Part shown: positions 1 through 14,931 of the stretch, piece after piece
Layout: each line of letters begins with the position of its first letter
Numbering within the stretch: the stretch's first letter is position 1
Source of the DNA: Psilocybe cubensis
Lineage: Eukaryota
Reading direction: 5' to 3'
Length of the DNA stretch: 64,000 bases
NCBI GenBank assembly: GCA_017499595.2
Contig: CM039008.1
Span: 620,001-684,000, forward strand
Program-made: the position numbers and the translations under genes
Notes under the pieces: model-generated
What the model saw: the letters and a program-made list of their open reading frames with translations, nothing else
The model's database searches: none
Told to the model about the DNA's origin: nothing

Positions 1-1759
<1,759 letters not shown>

Positions 1760-3339
1760 CTCCCGGTAGGCAAAAAGAAATTAGAATGATATTAGCTCAC
1801 CTGAGATCTCATTATATATACTCAAGAATCTCACTAAAGGGGCTCACAAAACGCCCATAAGTCCTGGTAGCAGAGAGGATTGAATGGCTACCCGGGACAT
1901 TGATGGAACATCATGGCGGTGTCAGAGGCACATGAACGCCAGCAAAAGGTTGGTATGGTACTACTGAACTCTGGCAGATGCCATAAATTATTTGTGTTGT
2001 AGACTTCCTGCGCTAGTAAGTAGATAACCCGAAGGCCCAGCCGGCATTTGTAATAGTGAGAGATGTATGAGCGCGGGGCTAGCTTGACTGTCGAGTTTGT
2101 GAGCAAGTAAAGATAACTTGTAGTGGCTTAACAAGGAAGGAATTCACAATCACAGCTCAGCAGTATATAGTTCGGATGTTTGATAATCACCTATCGGCGG
2201 AGTATTAATAAGCTACATGCGTATCGTTGCATCCTCCTGAGTCTTGAGGGCAAGAATTGGGAACGAAAGGCGTTCTGCAGAAATATACAGTAAAATAACG
2301 CATGGAGTGAGCAAAGTATAGGACAAAAGATTCAGTTTCTAATAAATCTCCCTTTTTTCTTATTAACGTACACTAAGTTCTGGGAGTATGATTCTATGAA
2401 GATGTACTGTCGTGAAAATTCTCTATTTTTAGACTGTTTTATTTAGACCACATTCATTTAGGTGTTAAAATTAGAATGTTGGGATGTCAGGATCGACTGG
2501 TGACGCTGACGGTCCATCAATATGTATCTTCCAAACTGCTTCATAAATAAGGTTTGCATCCGATGCGTTATCCGAGGTTTGCCTTTTCAGACAATCGAGT
2601 TCATGGGATGTGTCAGAGTCAGGTAACATTCAGTACTATCAGCCAACTTGGTTCAACTTCGTAGTAGTACTTAAGGGAACTGAGAATCTCCTCTGGACGG
2701 TGGTGGCGGTTAACTAGAGGTGTATACCTCCGTACATCTAAGAAATTAAACGTATAGGCGATCGGAGAGTATAAATCCATATCACTAATCTAACAAGATA
2801 GTGGTGTTTTACCTTTTTATTAACCAAAGCAATTGCAGATGTGTGCGGCGAAAGTGAAATCTTTCGGAGTCTACCTGTCACCGCTGGACAAGTTTCAGCC
2901 AGGATTATACACCCTAATCAGACAAATATCTCCGAAGGCTAAAGGGTAACCCAGAAATAACGATAGTTGCTATAAACAATGTAGGTCTGCGGTTTGATCT
3001 GTAAAATTGAAAGCACTGAGAGATCTGCATTGTTGAAAGTGATTTGCTACTCCAGCACCTCAGCCCTACTTTGGAATCAATTCAATGAAAGTGATGTTGG
3101 CAATATTGATCCTTTTCCTTGTCCAACCTGCGAGGGTACACAAATCGACCGAATGGGTGTGCGAGCTTCGGCGCTTAATGCATATTACCAAACTAGGTCG
3201 CCGAGTACTTAGTACTTTGCTATCATATCGCCTGCTTGATAAATACCAAATACATTATTTTGTTATTCAGTGTTTACATCACTTTAGGTGACGTTGGGTA
3301 TCATTTGGATTGTGTATATACGTGGAGTCATCTTGAATT

Positions 3340-5672
3340 CTAGAGCTTCCATTTCTGCTTAATGAGGTCTGAGGCTCTTTCTCCAACGATGTAGACGTGG
3401 AACTGCGGATGCGCTCCTGGTACGAAGGGCTAGGAAAATACAGAAATTTAGAGTTGACATTGTGACAGAAGAGACAGATAAGAGACCCACCAGTACTGAA
3501 GCATCCACAATCCTCAACCCTTTTGCCGACTTTAAGAGCAAGTCAGGGTTTACAACTCCGTGTGACGAGGATTTGGGGGACATCGCCGATGTACCGAATG
3601 GATGGAACACGGTATTGGCGCCAGCACGAATGTATGCATTGAGTTGATCATCTGTGTTTGCGGTCGCAAGGGCGCCAAATGGACCGATGACGTATCCTTT
3701 CCAAGCAGGACTAGACAAAAATCGCTGTACGCTCCGAATTGCTTCGCGCATTGTGAAAAGATCAAAATCTGATCCTAAGAGGTTAGGATTGACCAGAGGA
3801 TCGTCAAAGGGATCATTAGATGCCAAAGTAATATTCCCTCCTAACACACAGAAAAGACAATTAGACACGCCGAAATGCATTGCTACCGATATGCACTTAC
3901 GGGATACTGGGGAGACAACAGCTGTGCTGACAGTCATGAAATTGCCAGTTGCAGGCAAGGTTGGGCCAAGCATCCCGTTCTGCAAACTCCAGTATAAGAA
4001 GGGTTCATTAAACATAAAGACCAAATAACCCACAGCAATAAGAAATTCGTAGTGGGGCGCAGTGGGTCCTGAGGAAGGATCCTTAAAGGATTTGAATATA
4101 GTAGTATTGTTCGGGAGACGAAGCCATCCTATGTGATCAATCGGTGATGCGGTCAACGGGCCTGTCTCCGTCAAAGTCCACTGGGCGAGCTGAGCTGCCG
4201 CCAATGTCGCATTTCTTTTAACGCTGTCATAGGTGTCCGTTGAATTGACGAAGAACGAATTTTGAAGAATAGAATGATCGGATAAATTATTGCCGACGTC
4301 TGGTAGGTCGACTACCGAGGAGATGCCCAACGCTTTGAGTGCTTTCTTGTCGCCAATGCCGGAATTGAGCAGAATGTGGGGAGTGCCCACCGTACCGGCA
4401 GACAAAATAACTTCTTTCGAAGCCGTCAGACGAATGCGAGGGCCTGCGTTTATGAACGGTAAGATTCGAGTAGCAGAACAATGTGAAAGATACACTTTCC
4501 TGTTCTGCTCTGAGCAAATTCTACGGTGGTAAGTACTGGGTTACCATTGCCCTTGCCGGTTTGCAAGATGCGAGTGACCCGCGTTCCAATTAGTACGTGC
4601 AAGTTGGGTCGGGTGATGAAGGCCGGGCCCAAATATGATGTCGCGGAGCTGCTCCTCCTTCCACCCTTTACCGTATTCTGGATCCAGCCTGTTTGAACAA
4701 AACTTGGTCAAAGAACTCCTGCGGGAATAATGGATGTAAACTCGCCTATGCCCAGAGGATTCCCAGAGTTCATGTCTAAATTAAATGGGAATTCATCCAG
4801 TTGCTGGGTCGTTGCAATGACCCGACTGTCAATTGGACGCGGAAACCCGGACAGGCTGACAGAATTGATTCCTGTGGTAGAGTGAACTGCTGGATTGAAT
4901 TGGCCTTGTGTATTGTGCATGTCAGCTGGAGGTGTCCAAGCCTCATTCTGAATGATGTGATATTGACAGTAAGGTTATTTTTGGTGCGTCTTAAAGAAAG
5001 GGATTTAGGATTAACCTTGCGAATGTATGATTGAATATTTTTCCAGCTCCATCCGTCGTCTCCCGATATCTTTGCGTAGCTATCCCAGTCAGAGGATGAC
5101 CCTCGCGTATAAGCTAGATAGTCTATGGAACAATCAGTACCCAACCGTGATACCGTGATTTGCGCTCAAGCCAAACGTACTGATTGAACTCGATCCACCT
5201 AGAATGTGACCCCGGGGGTAGGGTATTGACCGTCCACCGAGGCCGGGCTGCGGTGTTGTTGTAAAATTCCAGTCAAACGGTGTCCCAGGAGATGCCCTTG
5301 GGCAGAAGAACGGTATGATGGTATTGGTGGCATCCACATTTCTAAACGCAAACAATTTCTTCAGCCCTGAGAAATGACTTCCAGATTAAGACCACGACAC
5401 GAACGTTACCCCAGCTTCAAGGACGAGGACAGAGACATGGGGGTTCTCCGTCAGACGATTAGCGATAACATTACCTGCCGTTCCACCTGCGTTTGTCTGT
5501 CAGCTGCGATATTGACGTGATGTGCAAAAAAAAAACGCGATAACGGACCTCCTACGACAATGAAGTCGAACGATATATTGGGAAGATCCGCGACGTTTCC
5601 GATGACTTGCACGGAGTTGACAGAAACAGCCAACAAGGCGAGGGTGAGGGAGAGGGCGTGCCCGGGGAACAT
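3340..5672 (-). CDS. Secreted GMC oxidoreductase (AA3_2, aryl-alcohol oxidase-like); tandem paralogue of the previous gene
   Basis: MFPGHALSLTLALLAV signal peptide, FDFIVVG/GGTAG, EVILSAGTVGTPHILL, both catalytic His present (TVFHPFGT and PGAHPQ), ends LIKQKWKL* at 3340. Confidence 0.95.
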
Positions 5673-6534
5673 TGTCCGGGTGACAGCAGTCGAAGTTGTG
5701 TTGCATGCTGCAAGGCCTATCGCCTTTTTATGCACCGACCCGCGCTTTCTGAACCCATGGGGTTCTATAAATAAATACTCACGGTTTCCACGAATTTAGG
5801 GGGGCTGGTAGAAAGGGCCCTTGCCCTTGGGATACAATGTGTATTTACTAATGGATCGACCATTCCGAAACTGATGTGCAACGGGAGATAAACATTAAGT
5901 CATGCCGCCGTTGCATGCCTTCTCTTCGCAAGGGTACGTAGCATCGTTTTCGCGATATCGCTTAACACTCCGACACTTATAAATCCATACAGGAATCGTC
6001 ACTATGCTTTGAGGTTTGGACTGGTAGCACAAATAATAGGTAAATACCAAAATATGAGAGTAGACCACGGATACGACCACTGATTTTCTACGTGTAATAA
6101 TTTGCTCAGACACTTTGACTTCCGTGGAGTGCTCGCTTCATCCATCGCCATGAACACCCGAATTTCAAGTTGCAGGCACATTGACGTAACGGCGACTGCA
6201 CATCGTCGTAAGTGTGGACCTCCATACGTACATATAAGCAACCGTACCTACACTAAGCCTAGTTGTACATAACCTCTTCTCCTGGTCAAAACCATTTAAT
6301 GGTACCTCAATATGTCTTAATGGAAGTATATTCGAACCTGATATTTTTGGCCGTGAAGATAATGGTTTGTAAGCGTTATAAGTTTGGACTTCAAATTGTG
6401 AGATAGTCAATGACCGAATACCCTCGTGATTAAGAGAAAGGTAAGGGTGGCTAACTGGAACACCCTTGCCGCTTGATAATCTTCCACCACCAACTATACC
6501 TAGCTACTTACTTGGACGTTGACAAGAGAAAGTT

Positions 6535-7690
6535 ATGGCACCAATCCAAGCGCTCATTTTCGATGTTTTCGGAACCGTCGTCGACTGGAGAAGTAGCGTC
6601 GTAGCCGAGCTGGAACTTGTGGGTAAGAAATCTGGGGCGGAGAAAGGTGCGCTCCGTTAGATCACAAACGTCGGGTTCCGCCTTCCGCCTCCCTAAACCT
6701 CCTTCCCTTCCCCCAATATATAGCTACCGCCGACTGGGCCAGATTCGCGCAGGAATGGCGTACTGGCTATATGACCAAAACGTCGGTGTTTTCGGAAACT
6801 TGCTCCTTCTCTTCCGTATTTTTTTTGTTTACTACCCCATTCACCTGACGCTTTGACATGATTTCGGCATGATATATAGACGACAGATTGCCGCTGGTGC
6901 CTCAGGCCCGCGCAACGTTGATGTGATGCACAGAGAGGTGACGTTTTGAGCAATCACGGAGAAACAGATGGCTCATGCTCATCAAAACTTTGAATTAGAT
7001 TTTGGATGAACTGCTTACCCGGCCAGAGTGGAGCCAGATTGGTGAGCTGTGGGACGAGAGTACTCGTCAGTCGCTCAACCTCGTATGGCATCGTCTGAAC
7101 GGTCAGAGATATCATGAGATATATGAGCAATTCCTTACGAGCTTTTACTCCAGGGTGGCCCGACTCCGTTGAAGGACTGAAAGAGTTGAAGAAACACACC
7201 ATTATTGCAACTCTCAGCAACGGAAACGTTCGCCTATTGACTGACATGGTAATACTGAATCTCGTAATGCGTTGTTAAACTGGCATTCAATAGCTCAATG
7301 TCTGTTTGCAAGGCAAAGCACGCTGCATTACCTTGGGACATGATTTTCTCTACAGAGCTCTTTGACACATTCAAACCGTTGGTATCCAGTTTTCGGACCG
7401 AAGATCTTAAGCTGACAATACATACAACCTTCACCAGAAACCCAAAGGCGTACTTGGAAACCATGCGTCATCTAGCCGTGCAGCCTCACGAATGTTTCAT
7501 GGTCGCCGCTCACATCTTCGACCTTCGTGCAGCGGCCAGCCTCGGAATGCGTACCGTTTATGTTCCACGACCGGATGAAGACGTGGTTGTGGATGTAAAA
7601 AGCAAGGCGGAAGGCGGGGAAGTCGATTATGTCGTCAAATCGTTTATCGAACTTGCCCAAATCATTGAGCAGTTGAATGCTTCAGGATAG
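6535..7690 (+). CDS. HAD-superfamily hydrolase, haloacid dehalogenase type II-like (copy 1)
   Basis: MAPIQALIFDVFGTVVDWR motif I, QEWR, TLSNGN motif II, FKP, VAAHIFDL; multi-exon. Confidence 0.9.
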
Positions 7691-7983
7691 GCTAGGTAAT
7701 TCTGTAGCGGAGATAGCTCTCCTTTCCGTAAAATGTCTTTTCGTGCAAAGCCGTAAGAAAAGGCTTGAAAACGGTTGTGACCATGCTATGACTTGAATGA
7801 AGGATGATGCAAGTGATGTTTGGGCTAGAAAAAGACAGAGGTCAAGGTCGCGCCATTTTAGGAGCAAGATCAGGTGACTCTTAGTGTCCGGCAACTCGGC
7901 AGAAAAGAGTTATATTTAGCGCAACGAGGCGCGTCCTTGGCGTCGCGTCGAGTCATGGTTAATAAAATTTGTTTCTCAGTATG

Positions 7984-8055
7984 TCGTGTATGGTGTAACG
8001 GCTAACATTATCGCCTTTCACGCGATAGCTCGGGGTTCGATTCCCCGTACGCGAA
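7984..8055 (+). tRNA. tRNA-Glu (anticodon TTC), intronless
   Basis: Acceptor stem TCGTGTA/TACGCGA, anticodon loop CTTTCAC, T-arm CGGGG-TTCGATT-CCCCG, followed by a T-run Pol III terminator. Confidence 0.95.
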
Positions 8056-8725
8056 CTTTTTTGTTCATTTGAGTTTTTTTTCCGATGGAGTAGTGGCACT
8101 ACGTATTCCCGTGGTCTTATGCTGCTTGGCCCAACGGGCAAAATAACAATTGAAGCATTTGCGACAGAGCTTGCACGGTATTCACAAAGGTTCACACTAA
8201 TATCCCTTGAATTATGTCTAGGAGATCTGTATTATAACTCAAAGCCCTAATACAAAAAAGTATTCTGTAACCAGCCAAACCCATCGAGGAGAAGTAAATA
8301 CAGGCTAATAGTAAAACATAAAGTATACCAATCTAGGTCGTTACTTCGTAAAAAAGCGAAACTAGTCGCGAGAAAAACAAGTACAGGAAACGAGCTCGTC
8401 GTTTGTGCGGGGGTGAGTCTGAATGGCGAAAGAAAGCGATGCGAACCCGGGCTGTTGAGAGTGTAATACAGAGAGGTGAAGATGTTGCGTTGGATGTTGG
8501 TACAAGTATCATGATGAGTGATGATGATGATGCAGATGATAGAAGTACACGACGTTCAACGTCTTGGATGCGCGATGTGGGTGAAGGATACCAATACAAA
8601 TGAAGAGAGAAACCGGCAGTGATACAAGTAGAGTCGTTATCGTCAAGATAGTGTGTGTGGTCGTAGGGGGTAAAGAGTGTGCCGGTGGATAGTGGTGGTG
8701 GTGGCGGCGGGTTTTTTTTCGCAGC

Positions 8726-9775
8726 TTAGTGCATGCTGTTGTCGAAGGCGAGTCTGCGCATCACTCGGCTGATGTGACGAGGGCGAACGATCTCGGCGGC
8801 GGGTGAGGCAGCAGGGCGCTTCTTGATCTTGCAAGAAGAGGCCTTGGTGCTGGATGCCTTGGGCGGGGAGTTGGTAGTGGGGGTACCAGATCCAGAACCG
8901 GAGCCAGAGCCAGATCCTGTGGTAGCAGTTCCAGAGACGAACGAGGCGACAGGGGGGCCAGGGAAGATGTACTTGGCAGAGGGATCGAAGACGCTGGGGT
9001 CGAAGATACCAGGGTCGCTGTCGGAGTAAGCGCCCGGAAGGCTGACGAGGTCGCCGGCGGCAGGCGCGCCTGTCTGGCTTCCCCCTACACGAAGCTGAGA
9101 GCAACCTTCGTAGAACTCGGCTCCTCCCTTCGAAGTCGCAAGATGCAGAGCGATGATCTCGTGGCGGAGAATATAGTTGCCTGGAGCGAGAGTCTTGGGG
9201 AGATTTACCGACACAGTTTGTCCGTTGACTAGATAATTTGAAGTCAGGGGTAGAAGCAGAGAGAAATAGTGATCGACGTACAAAGATCAACCTGTGCCCA
9301 GTCAGAGCTACCAGGCTTCCTGCCGACTTGATCGATCTTGAACCATTTGGCCTGTGAGATGTCAAACTTGTCGCACGTCGTTTGTCCACAGTTGGCCATG
9401 TAGGTCAGCATGGGTCCAGTGTTGTGAGGCCACTGTACAAAAACATATCAGCACGAAGTAAAAAAAGAAACCAACGAAAACCGAACCAACCTTTCCGAGG
9501 CTGGCAGTGCGCCAGTCGAAGCTGACGGTGTCTCCGGGGTTGGCGTCGGCGATGAGAGAGCCAGGCGTCGAACCAGTTCCGCAGGTGACAGCAGGGTTAG
9601 TCGCGCCCTTGATTGGGTCCTGGGTGGTAATTTGGCGGATAACACTAGGGTTGGTCTTGCCACTCGGAACATTGCCGGTGAACACCTTTCCGTTGATGCT
9701 GATCTGGTTCAGGAACCCATGGGCAGAAACATAGGCCGCTGCAAAGAGGGGTACGAAAAAAGAGGTAGTCTTCAT
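8726..9775 (-). CDS. AA9 lytic polysaccharide monooxygenase with a disordered C-terminal tail
   Basis: Signal peptide then His1 (VSA-HGF), WPHNTGP, YILRHEIIALH, AEFYEGCSQL, PGAY, then a G/S/T linker and basic tail. Confidence 0.95.
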
Positions 9776-11533
9776 TGTAGTTGGTGGGTGTGTTGGTCAG
9801 GAGATAGTGTGGGGACCGTGAATGCGTTTAACGAGAGGAAGTATGCCACTAGGGATCGCTCAGCGAAAGCTAGAGTGCGCAAGAAAAAAAAAAAGATCGT
9901 AAAAAATGAGCGCCGGGAAAGTTGGAGAGGAATACAGACGGATCTGTGGGATGAAGAAAAACAAACCTCGGGATTAACTTGGCTTTTATAAGTTCGGGAC
10001 CCTTTGGGTTCAGGAGAGGTGCCACCATTGTGCTAAGCCTTTTATTGTCCCCCCTTAGGCACCATAACTGAAGGCTGTTCCGGCGGTTTCTAATTTTGGC
10101 GCCGATAACAATCGCCACTGTTATTTGGTCGTTATAGCGTACAAACAAAGGGCCTTCGCCCATTGTCCCCTCGTCGTGCCCACAGACCAGCAAAAATAGC
10201 TCAACAAAAGCGTTGTTACCCTCTAGACGCCGTTGTCGACGTCGTCGCCCTCTCTCGTTGTCAAAATTAACAAAAGTAGCCCAGCAACGTATGACACGGT
10301 AAGGCAACGGTGAGGCGGCCTTACACGGAAAACGCCGCCATGCTGGCCACTGCGGCCACACGGCTCTCACGACGCCAATGATCTCTTTTTGGAAGCCTCG
10401 ATAGGCCCAAGATAGGCCTCGATGTATTCAATAACAAGGTCTTGTATTGGCCCTTACACCCATAGAATGAGCAGGCTTTACTATCGAAGAATAAAGGCCA
10501 CTTAAAGTCCCTTTTCATTATTTTCTTACAACGATATACGACTTCGTGGCACCAATCTTCAAGGACGCGGGACACGACCTGCGAAGGTTGGATTTCCTTC
10601 GTATGAAACCGCGCACGGGAAATATTTCCCGTCTCTGGCTCCATGCACCCCCTTTTCGGAGTCCTGACCCCGAGTGCGATTTCGACCCGGCCTCGAGGCT
10701 CGCATCAACTCCAACCAACCAACGCCTCACCACATGCAGGTGGGCCACCTCTGATGTATCATGTATGGCATGGCTATCTGTGAATGGACGTAATGAATGC
10801 ACGTATGTATAATCATGTATGGCTTTGAGGCATTCGGGCATCTGTTTTATCGAATTCTCTGGAATGCAAGGTGTGGCCTCCAAGCAATAATATAGCATAT
10901 GCCTCGCTCCACGAATGGTTTTACGATTTGTACCCGACAATCTACATAATTCGAGAAAGAAAAAAATTTTCGAGAATTTCAATTTTTTTTTCCAGCGCAG
11001 CGCAGAGCGCTCGTTTGACTCGGAATTGGCTCCGCCGTTCCGTTGCCCGGAGAACTTGGGCCAAACTCATGCGATATCGATGAACCGAAGACGATATCAC
11101 GTTGATATTACGTTCATTTCGGGACGTCGAGAATGCAGGGTCGTGAATGGATTTGTGGAAATGAAAGTAATTTCTCCCATGGTCTCCAGTCGAGTCCAGC
11201 TAGTACCTTTTCTTCGTCAACTACATGGAGATAGCATCAAGAAGGTGATTGTCCTTGTTCATTATTATGAATTTCGACGCGATGGTCTCACCTCACTCCG
11301 CGAAACTTTCTTGCGATTGGGTCGAAGTTCAATTAAAACTCTTGTAGATAAGATAGAAGACCGGGAATCGAAAGTATTAAACAATTTGGGAATTATAAGA
11401 AAGTACAAGCAAATATAACTACGTGTGTGTGTGTGCAATGAATACTTTAAATAAGGGTAAGGTATAACCAAACTAACAAAACCATCAGGGTGCATCCACA
11501 ACGAAAAGGCAAAAATAAAAATAAAAAAAATCA

Positions 11534-13832
11534 CTAGGCCTTCTCAGATACAGCCTCGGGGCCCATCGACCTCGTCGTCTGCGTCGCGCGCGCACTGTGC
11601 GCTCTAACTTTATGCCCGTACTTATAAAACACAAACGGCACGGGCGCGATAGCCAGCGCAACGAGCGCAAGCAGGAGGCCTGCCCACTGGAACCCCATGC
11701 CGTGGAACATCTGCGTGACGAACAGCGGGATCATCGCGCCGCACTCGGAGCGCAGGAACGTCTTGGCGGCCATGGCGCTCGCGGCGTAGTCGCTGTAGGA
11801 GTCGATGATGTACGAGTTGGCGGAGACGTAGATGAGGATCATGGCGAAGCCGAAGAGGTAGCCTGCGATGCAGACGGCTGGGAATTTTGGATTGTGCCAT
11901 CAGTAACACTAACAGTAAGGGCCGAGTGATTTGTTGATAGACGCTTACCAATCCAGTGGACCCATGCGTAAGCGCCGGTGAAGGCAAAGATGATGAGGGC
12001 GACAGGAAGGATGCTAAACAAGCAAGTGAATAAGTTTAAAGAATATATGGGCGTGGAAGAAGTAAACGTACTTGCTGCCAAACATCATTGGGTACAGGCG
12101 AGCCTCGGGGAAAGTGCCGAACTTGGTGACTTTTGCGTACGCGCGCTCTTGCAGCGGCAGGAACATGCTCGCGGAGACAATACCCAACTGCATTCATCAC
12201 GATATTAGATATGTGTATAGAGAAATTGTATGTCTGCTGAACTCTTACCATGATGCTAACGAAGGATGTGCCAGTTATGCCAGGGTTGAACCCTCGAATC
12301 TCCTCCAAAGCGATAGGGAACGCAAAGAATAACAGGTCTGAAAAGAAGATATGTCACGAATAAGTCTTACACCCAACATTCAACTGGTTTAAGAGTCTCA
12401 CAGAGAAGGCTGTATACGAAAGAGAGGTCTGATCGATAATCCAGTCAGTAGTTGAACATTTATTTTAATATCAGGGAACACGTACAAAAACTCATAATGA
12501 TAACAATAGGTTCCTGAGTGAGCATCTGGAAAGGTCTAATAAGAGCGATCTTGAGCGTCTCTCTGAAAGGGAGCCTCTCAATTTCCTCCAGAGTGCGGTG
12601 CCTCTCATCACCCGTGGATTTCCTCAACGCTTCGGCTTTACGACGAAGGAGAACAGGAGCGAGAGTTTCAGGGATGAATAGGGTAAGAGCGAAAGAGACG
12701 CCGAGAAGGATGAATAGAACCCAATCTATGTAGACGTAAGATTTAGATGAGGTTTGGGAGGGTGAGGGTGAGGATACGCACAGATCCACCTCCAACCAGC
12801 GTACATTCCAATCCATCCTCCGACCATAGGACCCAGGCATGGTCCAATGCTATATAAGAAACGTAGCGCTCAATCGAGAGGACAGATCAGGAAAGTTGGA
12901 GATCAACTTACAAAAGCGTCGTGGAGAAAACAGCCATGGGGATACCGCGATCTTCGATTGCCCATACATCAGCAAGACTATTGCGAGGATTTTTATTATT
13001 GTTAAACTGTGCACCGAATATGAAGAGAATTTGGCATACCTTCCACCGATGTTACACATAGGTGCGCTCGCGGCGATACCGGCGATCATTCTGGCTACGA
13101 CGAGCGTGGCGGCGTTGTGGGCGAGTGCACTGGGGAGGGTGAAAATAAAGTACAAGAACATGCTGATGCAGTAAATTGGGCGACGGCCGACAACTTCAGA
13201 TAGCGGAGACATGAACAACGGTCTGGCATGGAGTTAGCAGAGTAAGAAAGGGTGCATGAGACGAGGGTGTATCGATATCGTACCCAATCCCAAAGCCCAT
13301 AACAAAGCATGTAACGGTGAGGTTAGTAATTTCTTGGGAGATTCCCATTTCCTTCGTTGGTCCAGTCATACTAACGTGGTGGAAGAGATAATAAATGAGA
13401 TAATTTCATTTATGGCCGATGGTGAAAGCGAACGTACTCTCCAGTAATGATGGAACTTCCAAGAGCGACAGCGAGACATAGCAGCGCGGTTGTGGCGGTC
13501 ACATACCTAGAGAGAGAAGTTTGAGAAGCCAGCGATGAAGATGGAACGTTGCCCACACACCATTTTTTGCCCTTCCCCCAATCCCTCGGATCTTCACCTT
13601 TTCCTTTCTCAAACGTTACAAGCTTGTATCCCTCCTTCGTGTGCAATTTTTCAAGTTCGTCGATAGTCGTGAATTGGACGTGGTTGCCGTCATATGTTAC
13701 AGATCCAGGCGTGGACACTCCTGAGGCGTGTGCGGGTATATTCTCTTGCTCCAGCGTCCGGAACTCTTCCTCTTGTTCCTTGGAGAGAACCGGGGGCCGG
13801 GCGAACTCAGCTTCAATAGGTTCAGAAGGCAT
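11534..13832 (-). CDS. MFS transporter, DHA1 (drug:H+ antiporter / polyamine transporter-like)
   Basis: EDPRDWGKGKKW, PLSEVVGRRPIY, FIPETLAPVLL, NSYIIDSYSDYAASAMAA; many hydrophobic segments over several exons. Confidence 0.92.
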
Positions 13833-14931
13833 GAGTGGGCAGAGGGGTCACAACGATCAGGGGCGGGTTATTCATTCGAAGTAGTCTTATAGGCAGAAAA
13901 ATCTGCAAGGCTTCCACTGGATTCTTGCGCTCAACGCGCCTTAGTACGACGCCATCGGTCGATAGTAAATGCGCTGACAAAATTTTTTGTGTAGCGGTAA
14001 CCAAAGTAGATTGAGCAGACGGGTACGGAGGGTGTCGACAAAGTGCAGAAGTTGAAAGCTGGAGTATCCTTATTCCACAGCGGATGAGTGCCAAGACCGT
14101 TTCTTTAACACAGTACCACGGCGATTGAGCAATTTAGAGCATGCAGGTTTGTTCGCTGTGGTATTTGAGCGCTAGCCTCTGACATGGTGGACACATTGCA
14201 CTGCAGGGTGTTAGCGAAATAGGAAGAACAAAGTCCAAAGCAGGAAAAGAAACGCTTGAACGTGAATTTTGTGCCACATACTGCTCGGATATGGGCAATC
14301 AGTTTGCCAAGACGATCATAATGGAGGTTGTGCTGGCCATGTGCCTTGGTATGATAGCTAAATTAGGATTGCCAAGAGCACTTGTTATATTGCACTTGCA
14401 CAATAATTGGACAACTGCAGCTGCGAAGTTGCAAAGGTTTACAACAGTGTTGTTAACTAGAACCAACGAGCATAGAGGTGGTCAGTTCAATGGAAACAGA
14501 GAAAGTCGATTGAATTAGGTGTCCACCACACCGTTATGGTTACAAATCCTACGATGAGACGCCGAAACAATTCCATCGGAACACCTACGGCGCAACATGT
14601 TGATAGCCGTCGATGTAATCCTTCAAATTTGTTTATAACAGAAAATGAATTCGATTTCGGAGACGAGGCGGCTCCTTGGCAAGCTTGCTTGGACGATGAA
14701 GAGACTGGAGGAATTCATCTCTGTGGCACGAAGTGAAATAAATATGAGAGTTGTTGGAACTCGTACATTGTTAGGCTACATTGTATATATTTGAAGAGCC
14801 TTAAAGAGCTAGTCGAATGACATCGTCAAAAATGCAGAGTCAAGTGTGGAAAGTACAGAGGGTGCTGCGATACAGCGAGACCCAGATTCAATTCACATAA
14901 ACATTGGAAAACACAACTACTTCACCTATTT

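Noticed and set aside
8643-9389. 248-aa ORF overlapping the LPMO
   Set aside because: Alternative frame of the AA9 exons with no recognisable motifs.
9870-11418. Several 100-170 aa ORFs between the LPMO and MFS genes
   Set aside because: Mostly non-ATG starts, no motifs and no convincing splice pattern; treated as intergenic.
11534-11880. GC-rich last exon of the MFS gene (similar patches in the P450 at about 57100-57330)
   Set aside because: In-frame parts of ordinary genes; local codon bias is not evidence of horizontal transfer.
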